From: Lama guanicoe | Lineage: Eukaryota | NCBI GenBank assembly: GCA_013239625.1 | Contig: MU054323.1 | Coordinates: 5,135,220 to 5,199,219, forward strand | Direction of reading: 5' to 3' | Length of the DNA: 64,000 nt | Notes under the pieces: model-generated | The model's input: only the letters and a program-made list of their open reading frames with translations | Databases searched by the model: none | Told to the model about the DNA's origin: nothing | Shown here: positions 13,126 through 25,917 of the stretch, one piece after another | How the letters are laid out: each line of letters begins with the position of its first letter | How positions within the stretch are numbered: position 1 is the stretch's first letter | Translations under genes and position numbers: made by a program

Positions 13126-16061
13126 TTTGGATGATAGTCTTAACAAGTAACATGGATTACAAGGCTTCCATTATCGGTCATCCACATCTCCAAGGAGACC
13201 AAAGATCTCCCTGAAACCTCTCTCAACCGGTTTAGTCAACCCTCTTCTTACTTACATGCCAATTTCATGCCATATCAGTTTGGATTGCAACTTCTAGTTA
13301 ATTGTCAGCTTCCCAACTAACCTCTGAGCTTTTGGAGGATAGGGATTTGAATGTATCTACCTTTTTCTCTCTAATACCTCTTACAAAAATGGACGAACTA
13401 AATGTTTTTCAGAAGTCTGATGACTCTTTAGACATGACCTCCACATTTAGGGTTTATTAAATTGATTTTATAGACTCCACAAAGATAGGGGCACTTGATG
13501 GCACTGCAGCTGATGATTATATGATTTTTCACAAGGTGTTCATTTGAATGAGTGATGATTTCAATGGACTCATTTCAACTGGTCACACTCTAATTTCATC
13601 AAGATGCTCTAGCCTCCTGCACAAAGGCTTAGACATGAAAATATGTGGAATTCTTGGCAATTAACTTCTACCCTCACTCCTCAGTCTCTTCTCTTTCCTG
13701 CCTTTGCCACTTCCCTTCACCTTCCTTCTTGCACTTTTCCAATCTTTTTTTTTTTTTTGCCCTGGTTAAGATTACTTGACTATTTGATTATTATGACAGA
13801 GTTTTCCAAAGATTCACCATCAGAATGATTTATCTGATGTTTAACATATTATTAAAGAAGTAGGAAATCCAAGGTCATAGTTTGGATTTGAAGCTTAAAG
13901 TTTTTCATAATAAGTTTAGTAAAGGCACCATAAATGTCATCTCTCTTCAGAACTAGCACTCCCATAGTCAATGCCAATTGGATTTATTCAGGACTTTAGC
14001 TTTCCCATGAAGCATTTGTCAAAAAAAAAAAAAAAGATTACAGTTTCCAGAAAGTTATTTTGTTCAGCACACTTACACCTTTAGCCAACATGGTCAAATA
14101 CATGATACTCATAAAAACTCTCTCTACTGTGCAATGTGTTGTCAAGCCAGAGGGGAGAGGAAAAGAGGTGAGAAATTTGACAAAGAGCTACCTTGGCCCT
14201 CTCACCAGTATTCATTAATTTCTATGTCAGTATCTGCATAGGAGGTGGAATTCCTTTAAGTCTAGGTTACCATAAGGATGTAAATTTGGAGCATAACATA
14301 TTAAATAAAATTGGAAATAACTGAAATATACAAATGTTTTTGCAATCCATCATATTTACAAAAACAGAGCTATCAAGAAACCCAATGAATTAGTCCTGAT
14401 GAGATTTGTAATGAGGCATTAAAGATAAACTAAGTAAACTATTGAAATGTTAGAAAAATACACTGCAGCAGAACAGATTTAGTCATACTCCGTATTTTAT
14501 GCAAATATTCAGACAAGAAATATTTTTAAACAAACAGAAATTTAAACCTTAAAAGAAACTACACAAAGCAGATTTAGTATTTTTGATTACCTAGTAGAGT
14601 TCAAACCCATTAAACCCTGAGTCGGAATTATAATGGCTGGAAAGAAAACATTTTTTTTTGGTATTGAAACCCATTGGTTCTGTTTTTATCACCAGTGAAA
14701 ATTAAAGACTTTTAGTATAAATGAAGTCATATTTAGCTTTTTAAAATTCCAGAGCAGTGTGGAGTTTAATATACTCCTTTGGTTTCTGGAGAAAGCTGCT
14801 CATTACAAGAGCTAATAGAAGGGAAAAAAAAATAATTATTCCTATTGTTGGTTCAGTGGTGCACCCAGAAATACCATTTTGTAGAACTGTCAGAACTGTT
14901 GATAAGATTTTTAAACATCACAGAGGATCACTTTTTGGGCAAATATTCTCATTTCTTTAAAATAGCCCAAGTGATTTTACTTTTTCGTATCTGGATAGAA
15001 TTGCATAGGATAGCAAGCCTCACTCAGCAATAGCACATGGTTGCAAGTACAATTTGTTATTTTCGAAGCAGAGTCTGCTCCAAGTACCATGTTCCTTTCT
15101 GTGCTAGACTTGTCAAACATTAGATGAGGACAACTGCCCTGAGACGGGGTGTGAAGGTTCTATTTCTATAAGAGGACAAAGAGGCAGCAGAACCCCTCTC
15201 CTGCCCAGTCACTGCTTTCAGGAAGGTTTCTGTTCTCAGGGTCTCACCTCCAAAACCTCATGGCATGCCATGGCATCCCTTTCCTCTGCCAACAAAAAAA
15301 ATGACAGTAGCTTCACTTCATTTTCTCCAGCACAAAGATAATACCACCAATGACAATGGGGAACTGAAAATTTAGAGGAGGAGGAGGACAAATAAACTTT
15401 GGTCTAAGATCTTCCGACATCACAGCTGCTGTTCTGCGCGGCTAGAACTCGTGATACTTTCCAGGAACAAAATTCTGGGTTTGTAAGAGCTTTACAAATG
15501 TGCATCACCTTTGTATGTGTTTGAGAATGCCACAAGCATCTCATTTTGTGCAGGCTTTCCTGACCCTTTAGTCAGTTTCAAACCTCTATCATTCATGTTC
15601 AAACCCAACGAAAAAAGGTAAAGGTTTGGAAGTTTATTTCCAGCACCTGGAGATTCAAACCTCTCTAATCAACCAATCTGACCTCATATCTCAGGATCGC
15701 AAGCATCCTTGTGAGACTTTATAATGTTTTGCTCCCAACTGAGCTGAAGATACTGTAAGAATATGAGAATCGCTTTCTATTTTTCCTCTCTCCCTGTGTG
15801 TCTGTATGTATTTTCATGGGAATTTGCAGCTTCTGTCACTTCTATCACAGATCATGATGAAAGACAAATGTATGCTGCAGTTGAAGTGAAGAAGCTGAAG
15901 AAGACAAACACAGATGAGTCTAGAAATTTGAAAAAGGACACTAATTTTTTGCAGATCTGATATTTCTCTTAAATTAAACTCAAACGTGCACATAGAAAAG
16001 CAAAGTCATCTTAGGAAGAGAAAATAAGTGTCTTTGTCCTTAGATGTTCGAAGAAGGGCCA

Positions 16062-16609
16062 TGATGGAGATCTCCCAGGCCACCCCCCAGGTCCAGTGTT
16101 TTGCTGGAAGCATTTACAGGATTCTTCTACAGTTGCACTAATGGCTAAGATGTATTACAAGTGAAAGGATACAAAGAAATGCAAAAAAGGGAGGGGAAAT
16201 GACACACTGGGTGAAGTCTGGATGGATAAACCCAGGCACTAGTTGCCAAGAGCCTTTTCCCAGTAGAGTCACACAGGACTTAATTCCCCCAGCAATGAGT
16301 TGTGACAACATGTGACAAGTGTTAGCTATTGGGGACACACATTAGACACTCAATGTCCAACGCATTTGTTGAAGCCTGGTCACATAGTCACCTTCTCAAA
16401 TCCCAGACTCCTGGAAGCAAACCAAACTATTTATACAAACAGTTTCAGCACAATGAGCCACTCTTATAATTTAGGGCAAGTTGTGTGTATTTAGTGGATG
16501 GATCTGTTTCCCAGCCAAGTTCCCGGATACCAGGCAGGGACCACACTTGTCAGCACACCTCTCTGAGGTTAGGAAGCCTCAGCCCTGCTGTGCTCACCCG
16601 TTTCTGCAC
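16062..16609 (-). mobile_element. MER21-like LTR
   Basis: 'atggctaagatgtattac...gaaaggatacaaag', 'gagtcacacaggac...cccagcaatgagttgtgacaacatgtg', ends 'cctgctgtgctcacccgtttctgcac'. Confidence 0.75.
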
Positions 16610-19600
16610 CGCCCCTCGGTCCCTTGGCAGACTTCCCCACCTAGCGTCTGCAGAGTTTTAAGGAGACATTATCTCTCTATTCTTTTCTATTCGCATTTGG
16701 AAAATAAATTTCCCATTCTTTAGACAAGCGCTTTAAGGAAAGCAGAATTAAGGAATTATAAAAAAGTTAGTGTTTATAACAGGTGCTTCTCATCACATAA
16801 TTTTGGCTCTTCTGGTGTTTCAGGTACCATTTGAAACCTTTTGAGAAAATTAAAAATTGGGAAAATGTACTAAACTCTCAGTTCCACCCAGAAAAAGAAT
16901 AATTCCAACGATTTGGAACTCCCCTACCGAGACTTCGGGTTTTGTGTGGTTTGAGTTTTTCCCATGATAACCGATATCAGGGCACTGCTGACTCTGTAAA
17001 GCCACTCTGACTGGGCACCCTACTTTTTTCCCACCCACATTTTTGGGCCCCAGGAGCTGAAGATGATGCCATTGGTGACAAGGCCCTAGTGCATTAGTGC
17101 CTCTTCCATTCTCTCCTCTCAACAATGAACTGAAAAAATATTTATCATGCTCTCCCTTCTCATCTGCCACTCATCTGCCTAAATTCCATTTTCTGCTTTT
17201 CTAAATTAACCAACTGTGGTCAAGCTTCCTCTAAGAAACCTGCCCTGATTCCCTGACTGCAAGTTCTCTCACTCCTTTGAGTGTCTTGCCTCTCCTCTCT
17301 GTGCCTCAACTAGGATGCTTAAGTCTGGTCACCTTTAAGGATCAGCACTTGGGTAAATGCATTCTATTCCCAGGTAAATGTGAAACCCTGCAGGACACAG
17401 GCTCCTCACACGTACATCGACGTGTCTGGCTGAGATAACTGTCTTCTTTCTATCACTTACCAAGTAAGTCATAGATGTCATCAGCAAGAGAAAAAGAAAA
17501 ACGAGGTTAAAATGGGTATAAACAAACAGACCCAGAAAGCATGTGCAGACATCACACACTCTTCCAAAAATGCGAACTGAGAGTTGGGACAAGAAACAAG
17601 AAAGAAAACAAGACACAAGAAAGAAACAAGAAACAAGAAGGATTAACACAGCGGCAGATGGGTTCTCTAAGGCAAGCGTGAAAACCCAACTTCGTGGGCA
17701 AAATCTGAGATCAAAACTAGCAAAAACACATGAGCTAAGACAGGAAAATTTACTTCCTAATATTTCCCAACTGATCTATGAAATATAGACCTTTTCATGC
17801 TCATCAGATAAAAAAGAAACAAACTTCCATTTCCAAATAAGCTTGGGAAATGCTGCTTACAGCTATCTCAGGAATTACCATTTTAAATCCTCCCAGAAGA
17901 CCTGAAATAAAGGCCAAATCTACTCGACTAGAAATGAACCATCTTTTTTTTTTTTCCAGTTCTGTACTTTCTTTGTTTTATTAACACAAATTAATGTTCC
18001 CTTGAGCTGGGTTCCATGGAACATGCTTTGGGAAACAATGTTATCCATGCATTCTTAGAAACTCTATGCTGGTGTCCTTGGTCTCTATGAAATGTCAATC
18101 TATCAGCTGACTTCTGTTCATCTGAAAGATACAACCTTATGAATCTTGACTCAGACTCCAGTTAAGTCTCAATATGTAGTTGTTTTATGAATGACATAAT
18201 TAGTGACCTGATGTCATGAATACAGTTGCATAAAAAAGACAGGCTTTATATTCGGACCATCTAAACAAAAAGATGGGGGAAAAGCAATCCCAATAAGAAA
18301 AGAGAAATAGATTTGCTTTATTCGAATCTGTGCAAGGGCTACAATGACTTTTTCTGACAAAGCTACTCACAGAGGATTATGAGACAATACCGGGCCCACC
18401 ATCTCAGATGCCTCTGGGTCCCAGGTGGTAAAACCACAATCTGACCCAGGAGTTCCTTCCCCAGCTTTCTACCTACTTGCTGTGAAACCAAGTGCCAGCT
18501 ACTTGATTTTAGTATCTTTGGGTTTCTGATCTTAAAATGAAGAGAGCAGCTCACACCCAACACAGGCATGGGAGTGAAATTAACATAAATGAATTCAAGC
18601 TCTTCGCAAATCTGAAATACTAGTGATCTGTGCCAACAATACTGACTGCCTTCATGCTCCATTTATCCTTTCTGTTCCCTCAGGGAGACTTGTGCTTGTC
18701 TAAGGGCACTGAAAAAAAAAAAAAAACCCACCTTACTGAGAGGTCATTCCCTCTGTGTGAGCCCAACCAAATGTGATGTCCAGTCAGAACTCTGGCCTAT
18801 TCTAATTGGGCATTGCATAGAAACAAGGTCTCTTGGATAGCCATTCACTTGTCTAATCTCTTAGCTATTTGCTTCTCCATAGATTTCAGATTGGTTTCAA
18901 AATCTTTCTGCAATTATAACAATTTGATCACCTCAACACCTTTGTGACTTGGGTGGAACCAGGATTGGATTCTTAGAGATTTGTATTTGTTTTCCAGGTA
19001 AGAACAAATACACTCAAAGGAGTTAAGAGGATTATCTCAGCAAAGACTCTGGAGGACTGGCTTCAGTCTTGGCTCCTGAAAAAGAGACACTACCATGAAC
19101 CCATCTCTAAGTGGTCTTAGAGTGACTTTCCACTTTAGGACCAGACTATTGGGGCACATGACTGAGGAGAAGAGGAATCATTGCTTCTCAAGTATCCAAA
19201 AATATATCAGATTCCCCTTTCCTCGTGTCCATGCAGAACGTAGATCCTACGCCCCTAATCTTTCACAGTCAAAACAAGCTTTTTTGGAAGCTTTAGTTGA
19301 ATCACAGAATCTCATATTCGATAAGAATCTCCTAGGTTATCTGTGTAGCTTTCAGGCCAATATATCTTATACGGTGTGAACGCACCTTACATGGTACCAG
19401 CACATCTTAGCGGTTCCCTCTCAGTCACGCAGCGTGTGTTCCTGCTCTGACGACATTATCACTACCCATCAACTGCCAGAGCTGTAACACAGCTGCGCAA
19501 GCCTAACCTTCACAAGAGGTAGTGTGCCCTTTAAAGGTGAAAATTTTATTTTTTGCCTCTGTGTTTCTAGGAACCAGCCAATGTCTGGCCCAGGGGATGT

Positions 19601-19659
19601 GTCAACAAATAATTCAACAGCTTCTCTTCTCACTCAAACTAAAGCCATAGTTTTCTATT

Positions 19660-20490
19660 AGCTCCTCTACTTACCTAATAGTTGCCCTTAGTTCAACCAT
19701 ATTATCCACAAAGGGGGAAAAAAAAGATTTTATATGTCCCCAGCCCCTGTTTAAAACCTATATATTTTCTTGAACATACTAAAATAAAATCTAAACTCAG
19801 CACTATTGTCTACAAGCCATATACTTTGAAGTTGAGGTTATTACCTCTTTTGCTTGGTCTCCCCCCACCTTCCCCATCACTAGTGATGGTGTAGTCAGGG
19901 GCACCACCTTCCTGCAGATGGAACAGGCTACACTTACCTAAGCCAATGGGCCTTTTGCTGACGGTTCCCTCTGCCAGCGACTCTCTTCCCCCACATCCGC
20001 ACAGGACAGATCCTTCTGCCATTCGGCTCCTTGGCTTACAGGTCTCTTCCCTGAGAGGGCTTCCCACCCAGTCTAGCTTGTATGCCTGTCCACGGTACCT
20101 CCCCACACTCTGTTACCTTAGCTTGTCTTATCTTAGTGAAATAAACTTACGCTTTGGATTTCTGTTATTGTTTACTGTACATCTCCTGCAACCCGATGTA
20201 AAGCTGGTGAGAACGGAATCTTGCCTACTCGTTCACCGATTTCTAAATCTAGATCTTAAAATCAACTCTCAGCTTATAAAGTGACTGCTCGAGGGGAGAG
20301 GATAGCTCAGTGGCAGAGGGCATGCCTAGTATGCATGCGGTCCTGGGTTTAATCCTCAGTACCGCCATTAAAAAATAATCATAAATAAATAAATTCAATT
20401 ACCTCCCCCTCCAAAAAAAGAAAATGAAATAATAAAGTGGCTGCTCATTCACTCTCTTCAATGACTAAAGGGATGAATAATTCATTCAAC
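19660..20490 (+). mobile_element. L2 3' region, split by a SINE
   Basis: 'gttccctctgccagcgactctcttcccc', 'tcttccctgagagggcttccc', 'gatgtaaagctggtgagaacggaatcttgcctactcgttcacc'. Confidence 0.65.
20291..20431 (+). mobile_element. tRNA-derived SINE (camelid Vic-1-like) with a 15-bp TSD
   Basis: Pol III A box 'tagctcagtgg', B-box-like 'ggtttaatcc', AT-rich tail; TSD ATAAAGTGACTGCTC (20276-20290) / ATAAAGTGGCTGCTC (20432-20446). Confidence 0.9.
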
Positions 20491-21053
20491 GCTTAAACTC
20501 TTTCAGATATACTTAACCAAGTGTCATTATCTTTCCTTGAGTAGAAATAGAGATTCAAAAACCCAGTGGTTCTCCATCTTTATACCAACTTTATCACACA
20601 GGTTTTCCCTTATACAGTTGATATTTGTCTTTCAAAAATGATCTTCGTATTAATGAATAGTCGCACTCTTTATAAGCACACAAAGCCAATCTACGTCCTT
20701 TTCCCCATCACCGTTCTTTGATTACTGCCTTCAAACTCTCCGCACAGGTTCTTTAATACAGGCTAGTCTCATCAGGCCTTGCTTCTATTTCACATTTTGT
20801 ACTTTCAAATTTCTCTTCTTCTGAATATATTCCAATTTATATTTATTTCTCATCAAATATGGAGCTTTACATTGATCAAAACAATCGCAAGTATGTTTTC
20901 ACTGATATAGAAGAGATAGTGTGTGTGTGCACTCATCTGTGTACTTGATGCCACTTAATATCATATAAATTTTTTGGTACATCACACCAATGATTTATAC
21001 TGTTTATGAACTAAAAAGTTCCCCAGCCGTTTTTATAGAACTGCAGCCAGTCA

Positions 21054-21515
21054 TGTGTGTTGGCCAACCTGTAAGGTGGCCCCTAGTGATCTGTGACTTC
21101 CGGCATTCAAGCCCATGTTATAGCAAGGCTGGTCTGTGTGACTAGTACAATATGATACAAGTGATGGTATGTCACTCCTGAGGCTACGTTATAAAAGACA
21201 CGTTTCATGTCTGCCTTGATCCCTCTTACCTCCCTTGCTCTGGAGAAAGTGAGGTACTATGTCATGAGAACATACTGTTCTCATGGAGAGACCCAAATGA
21301 TTGAGGTCCTGTCAACAGCCATGTGAATGAGTCATCTTGGAAGCAAAACCTCCAGCCTCAGTTAAGCCTTGAACACAACCTCATGTGAGTCCTTAAGCAA
21401 GAATCACCCAACTACGCCTCTGATGGATTTCTACTCTCAGAACTAAGCAAGAAAATAAAATTTCATGTGTTAGCTGTTAACTTTAGACTTATTTGGTATA
21501 CAGTAATAAACACAT
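21054..21515 (+). mobile_element. MaLR LTR (MLT1F-like)
   Basis: 'aaggtggcccctagtgatc', 'gtgatggtatgtcactcctgaggctacgttataaaagacac', 'caacagccatgtgaatgagtcatcttggaagc', 3' 'tatacagtaataaa'. Confidence 0.8.
21267..21281. promoter_or_regulatory. Perfect GRE/ARE/PRE/MRE palindrome AGAACA-tac-TGTTCT
   Basis: Exact IR3 consensus of 3-ketosteroid receptors; arms extend to 10 bp (21263-21285). Function untested. Confidence 0.55.
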
Positions 21516-22899
21516 CTCCTTTATCCTGTACTCAAACAATTGTCTTTTCAGATCTAAGTTTGGATCTATTTCTTCTTAATAAATTCATATCCTTGTATCT
21601 GGTTTTCTCCAGTCCGTTTACACTGTTTCCAGAAAAAAATTTAGATAATCGATATTTCTGATCTAGACACCATTTTATACAACAGTTTAAACAATCTATT
21701 AACGGCCACATTTTTACTGCCTTTCAAGTCACCAACAGACTTGCTAAAATGGAAAACCTGTTAGACAGCCTCCTGGTGGCTTTCACCAGTCTCTCCAGAT
21801 TTACATTTTTCCAAACTCTTTTCAAACAGATTTTCTACCAGCTAATTCTTGTCTTCATTTTCTTGGTTTCCATCCTGTGTATCTGCATTTTATCTACAAG
21901 GATATTAAAATAGTTGAGTTATGTCTGTTGCATTTTCTTGCACAACCAGCCTTGGTACTTATTAAGTTAAAAAAGAAAAAAGACTCTAGTTTGGACATGA
22001 CTACTTCTTAGTGAGCTCATTTTGGCTTCTAGCGATATTATTTTCTTACTTTCTTTTAGGGCCTCAGAAGCCATTGTTTTATGGCTTTATAATAATGCCA
22101 CAAGTTGACATAAAGCTCGTTTGTCAATGTCCTATTCTACCTTCTCCCTTGTATTGAGTATGAATATTCATTTCCATTCCTGTGCCATCTCCCCGATTCT
22201 ACACTGCTCATTAAACATTACTGTTTGCAATTCTCAGGCCAGTACTCACTGGCAATCTCTTAATCCATTTTGCAATGGTCACTCTGCTTCCCAAGGTAGT
22301 TGATCCTCTCTGTGCACATTTATTTGAATGTTTCATTGTATTGAGTTAGTCTCTATTTTCTTCTTGGTATCTACTTAGCAGTACACCAGTCAACAAACAT
22401 ATTAACAAACAAATAAAACCCACAACAACAAAAAAGAATAATACAAGGAAAGATAATATATTAACCATGACATACATTATAACCATTACACACCATCAGG
22501 AGTCACACCTGTTAAATTAGTGAATGAATGAACGGACAGAAGTATGAAGTATCCTCAACCAGAAAACACAATTCTGGTAATCAACACTAAAAATGCAAAC
22601 ACTTATATTTGAAAATTCAGCTAATGTATTCTTTGCTTTAACACACTACAAGGGTGGTCATAACATTTATTTTGCTTCACTTTCTTCTGAAGTATATCAA
22701 AGTTTTCTGCCAAGTTTTAAAATCAATGAGCAGAATATTTCTTCAATTACTTACTGCGTGTGGAAAAAAGCAAGAAGACAGAAGTAGAACACAGTTTTGA
22801 AAACTAAAGACCAAGTTTAAAATATTTTCAGATATGATTATATTATCCATTATTAGCTTAAAATAGACACCATCAAAAAAAGGAATATTCTACCTGTCA

Positions 22900-23490
22900 A
22901 CAAAAGAATACTGCTCTATGCAGGTAATAAGCCAATCTGAAAAATATATAAAATAAGTTATTAGGCAATACATGAGTCATCCAATCAGTAGAGAAGGATG
23001 AGAACAATAAATAGAGCCAGGGCAATAAAAAAATCTATTTTTAAGAAAATAGATTCTACTCTTAGACTATCCCTCAAAACACATTATGGCTGCAATAAAG
23101 AGCTAAATTCTACAAAGGAAATAATAAATATATAAAGAATCAAGTAATTAAATGAGCAATGGATATGAAAGGATAACTTGCCAAAATGGGAACAGAACAT
23201 TCTAACAAACCCATTGAAAGAAAAATGTTTACCCTCATGAGGAACCAAATAAATAAACAATGATATGTATTTATTAATGTCAACAAATTAGCAATGATTT
23301 AAATTTAATACACACATAGCAATGCCAGTTGGTGGGAGGTGAAAGAGGCACATTTACAGCAATATAAATGTGAATGTAAATGACTTGATAACCCCATTGA
23401 AAAGACATCTGTCAATAGCTCTTTTTAAAAAGCCTTAGAAGTATTCATTTCCCTTAACTCACTAGTTCCATTTCTGGAAGTCTCACTAGA
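22900..23490 (+). mobile_element. Old L1 (L1ME-type) ORF2 3' remnant
   Basis: A-rich with degenerate L1 motifs 'aaatgagcaatggatatgaa' and 'ttcatttcccttaactcactagttccatttctggaa'. Confidence 0.6.
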
Positions 23491-25845
23491 ACACCCTCCC
23501 CTTTTCTGTGCGGGGATGTCTTGACAAACAAACATGTCTTCTTCCAGCGCCAGCCCAAGCTTTGTTCCCTTTCTGAAGTTCACTGTCCTAGCACGGGAAA
23601 TGCCTTTCTCTGCCTTGTTCATGCTGATCTGGCTTTGCGGGACGGGAGTTCTCTGCTTATTTAGAAGACATGGCTCTGCATGTGGGTGGACGGCACAGGG
23701 AAGGGGAGACAGGACACAGCAAGGAATTCACATTTCTATCAGCAGTCAATGAGATGCTCTTTGAAATAGTGAGAGGCCCTGAGGTCTTACGGGCAATATA
23801 ATCCTGAATCACAGAAAAGCAAGGTCAAAGCTTACATAGCAGAGAGGAAAAAGGAGATGATAAGAAAGGTAAAGGTGTTCGTGTTGGTGCTGCAGATAAA
23901 TGAGGAAGGCCAAGAAGATGAAATCAGGAATGGAAAAGATCCAGGTCAAAAATGTTGCTTTCAACTGGAGTGATGAGATAACATTTCAGGAACAACCTTA
24001 GAAAGGCAGGCCAGATTTTAATCAGAACGATAAACTTGGTGGGAAGGGGGTAAGTTCCAGGCGCATACTTTCCGAGGCACCAAGTGAAGGGTCTGATTCC
24101 AAGCTTCACAGTTTGGAAGAGAAGAGAAAACTTAGACAAACTTCAGAAAAATTTACATAGGCATGGAAATGACCTGAAGCAAAATAAAAGTACGTATACT
24201 TGTAAACACGTACACACACAAATGTACCCACAGTTCTTTACTTCTTTGTTTTTTCATCTTTCTGGACCTCAGATACACAGAATTGAGCTATTTACACTTG
24301 TTAGTCAATAACACACTATAATTAACAGGCCAAGTAGGATCACTGCCTTTTCTGTGTTCTTATTATATTTTAACTTTTCAGGTCCCATCACCAAATCCAT
24401 TCTGCTGTGCAACTCCTTAAAACTCCCTCTTATTTACTGATTATACCTTTTATATCTGCCTTCCATATAAGTGACAGAAAGCATAAACTTCAAGTTAGAA
24501 GTTTACTACACAAGGGCAGATTCAATCAGAGTTGGTCACATCATGTATTGTATGACTTTTTCAAATCATGATTAATTATATCATCTGGATCAGGCATACC
24601 TAAGGGAATAAAAATGGGGAAATGATTCTTCAAACTTTTTACATCCCTGAAATCATACAGGTAAGAGGTCATTGGCTGTATTTCTTCGGTATCATAAGCA
24701 CAGCTCATAAAATGGCAGAAAACAAATCCTTATATGGAAAAATTAGGGCAATTTCGGTTACTCTTGAACTGCCTTCCGAAATTGCCCTAAACTCACCACA
24801 GGGACAAAAATTCATCAACAAATATCAATTATCTCCTTTTCAAGTTGTAGCACTTATTTCCCTTACTGGAGAATGGGGACAGATGATCATCACGGACTGG
24901 TAGGCGAGCGTGATTCGGAATGGCAGGAAACCCAGGCGATGAGATTAAGCCAAATGCACTTTTCTAGACAATGTCCTTCCAACATATTTTTAAAAGAGAT
25001 CACTAGATTATTCTGGCTAGTAATGTCATCATTTTCAGAAAAAGAGACAGCCTTAAAGAGATCTCTGTGCAAAGCTGCAAAATTAAATGGCATTTGAAAT
25101 TAAAGGAAAAGATAGCATTCTTCTGGAATAATTTATGAAATGAACCCATGCATTTATTTTTATCTTCTAAAACAGCAACATTCACAGAACCTGAGATTGG
25201 CAACTTAGCTTGGGGGAGGTTAGGGAAGGGAAAGCGAAACTTAGTAAGGAAATGGAAGTTTACTCTTAAGAAAAATAAGCACTCTTTTAAAGCAGATCTA
25301 AACCAAGGGTAGGTCTGAAAAAAACTTTACTAAAGTACAGCAAAGGAAGAAACATTCGAACCACCAAGGAAATTCTATCATACAGGATGCTGTGTTTTTT
25401 TAAGAGTAAAATTGGGTAATACCTTTAGGAGAATGTGATCCCCAGATTATGCTCTTATTTAGGGAACATTATCTCTTGATATAACTTTCAAGTGCAGCCT
25501 CATGCATAGCAAAAGACAAGCCAACAGCCAAGAAAGGGCAATTTCACACCAGAACAAGTATTCAAGTGTCCTCTCCAGGCAGCGTCTACTGTATCTCCTA
25601 AGGCAGAGATGCTCAAATGCAGTGGTTTCCTACATCACACCAGCAGCCTGGGAAAAGGTCCTTCTAACTTGATCAATTCAGTGGTGGATAGAGTGAAGTT
25701 TTGATGTGAGTCCACCTGATTTTGCTTTTTAACCACAAAGCCTGGACTCCATAGCGAAGGCCTTATTGCTCGAATATGCCTTCTCTGTGATGGCTAACTC
25801 GCTGCCATGACCAACACTTCTCCACAAGAGTGATCAGAAACCAAG

Positions 25846-25858
25846 AGGTCACTGACCT
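25846..25858. promoter_or_regulatory. Perfect IR-1 nuclear-receptor element AGGTCA-c-TGACCT (FXR/RXR type)
   Basis: Exact consensus; the palindrome extends to GAGGTCAcTGACCTC (25845-25859) in sequence with no recognisable repeat. Function untested. Confidence 0.5.
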
Positions 25859-25881
25859 CGAAATATACCCTCTTCCAATAA

Positions 25882-25917
25882 GTGTGTGTGTGTGCGTGCA
25901 CGCGTGCATGTGTGTGT
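25882..25917. repeat. (GT)n / alternating purine-pyrimidine tract
   Basis: gtgtgtgtgtgtgcgtgcacgcgtgcatgtgtgtgt. Confidence 0.9.

Noticed and set aside
20291..20370. tRNA gene
   Set aside because: tRNA-like head followed by an AT-rich tail and a TSD, so a SINE; the same applies at 33627.
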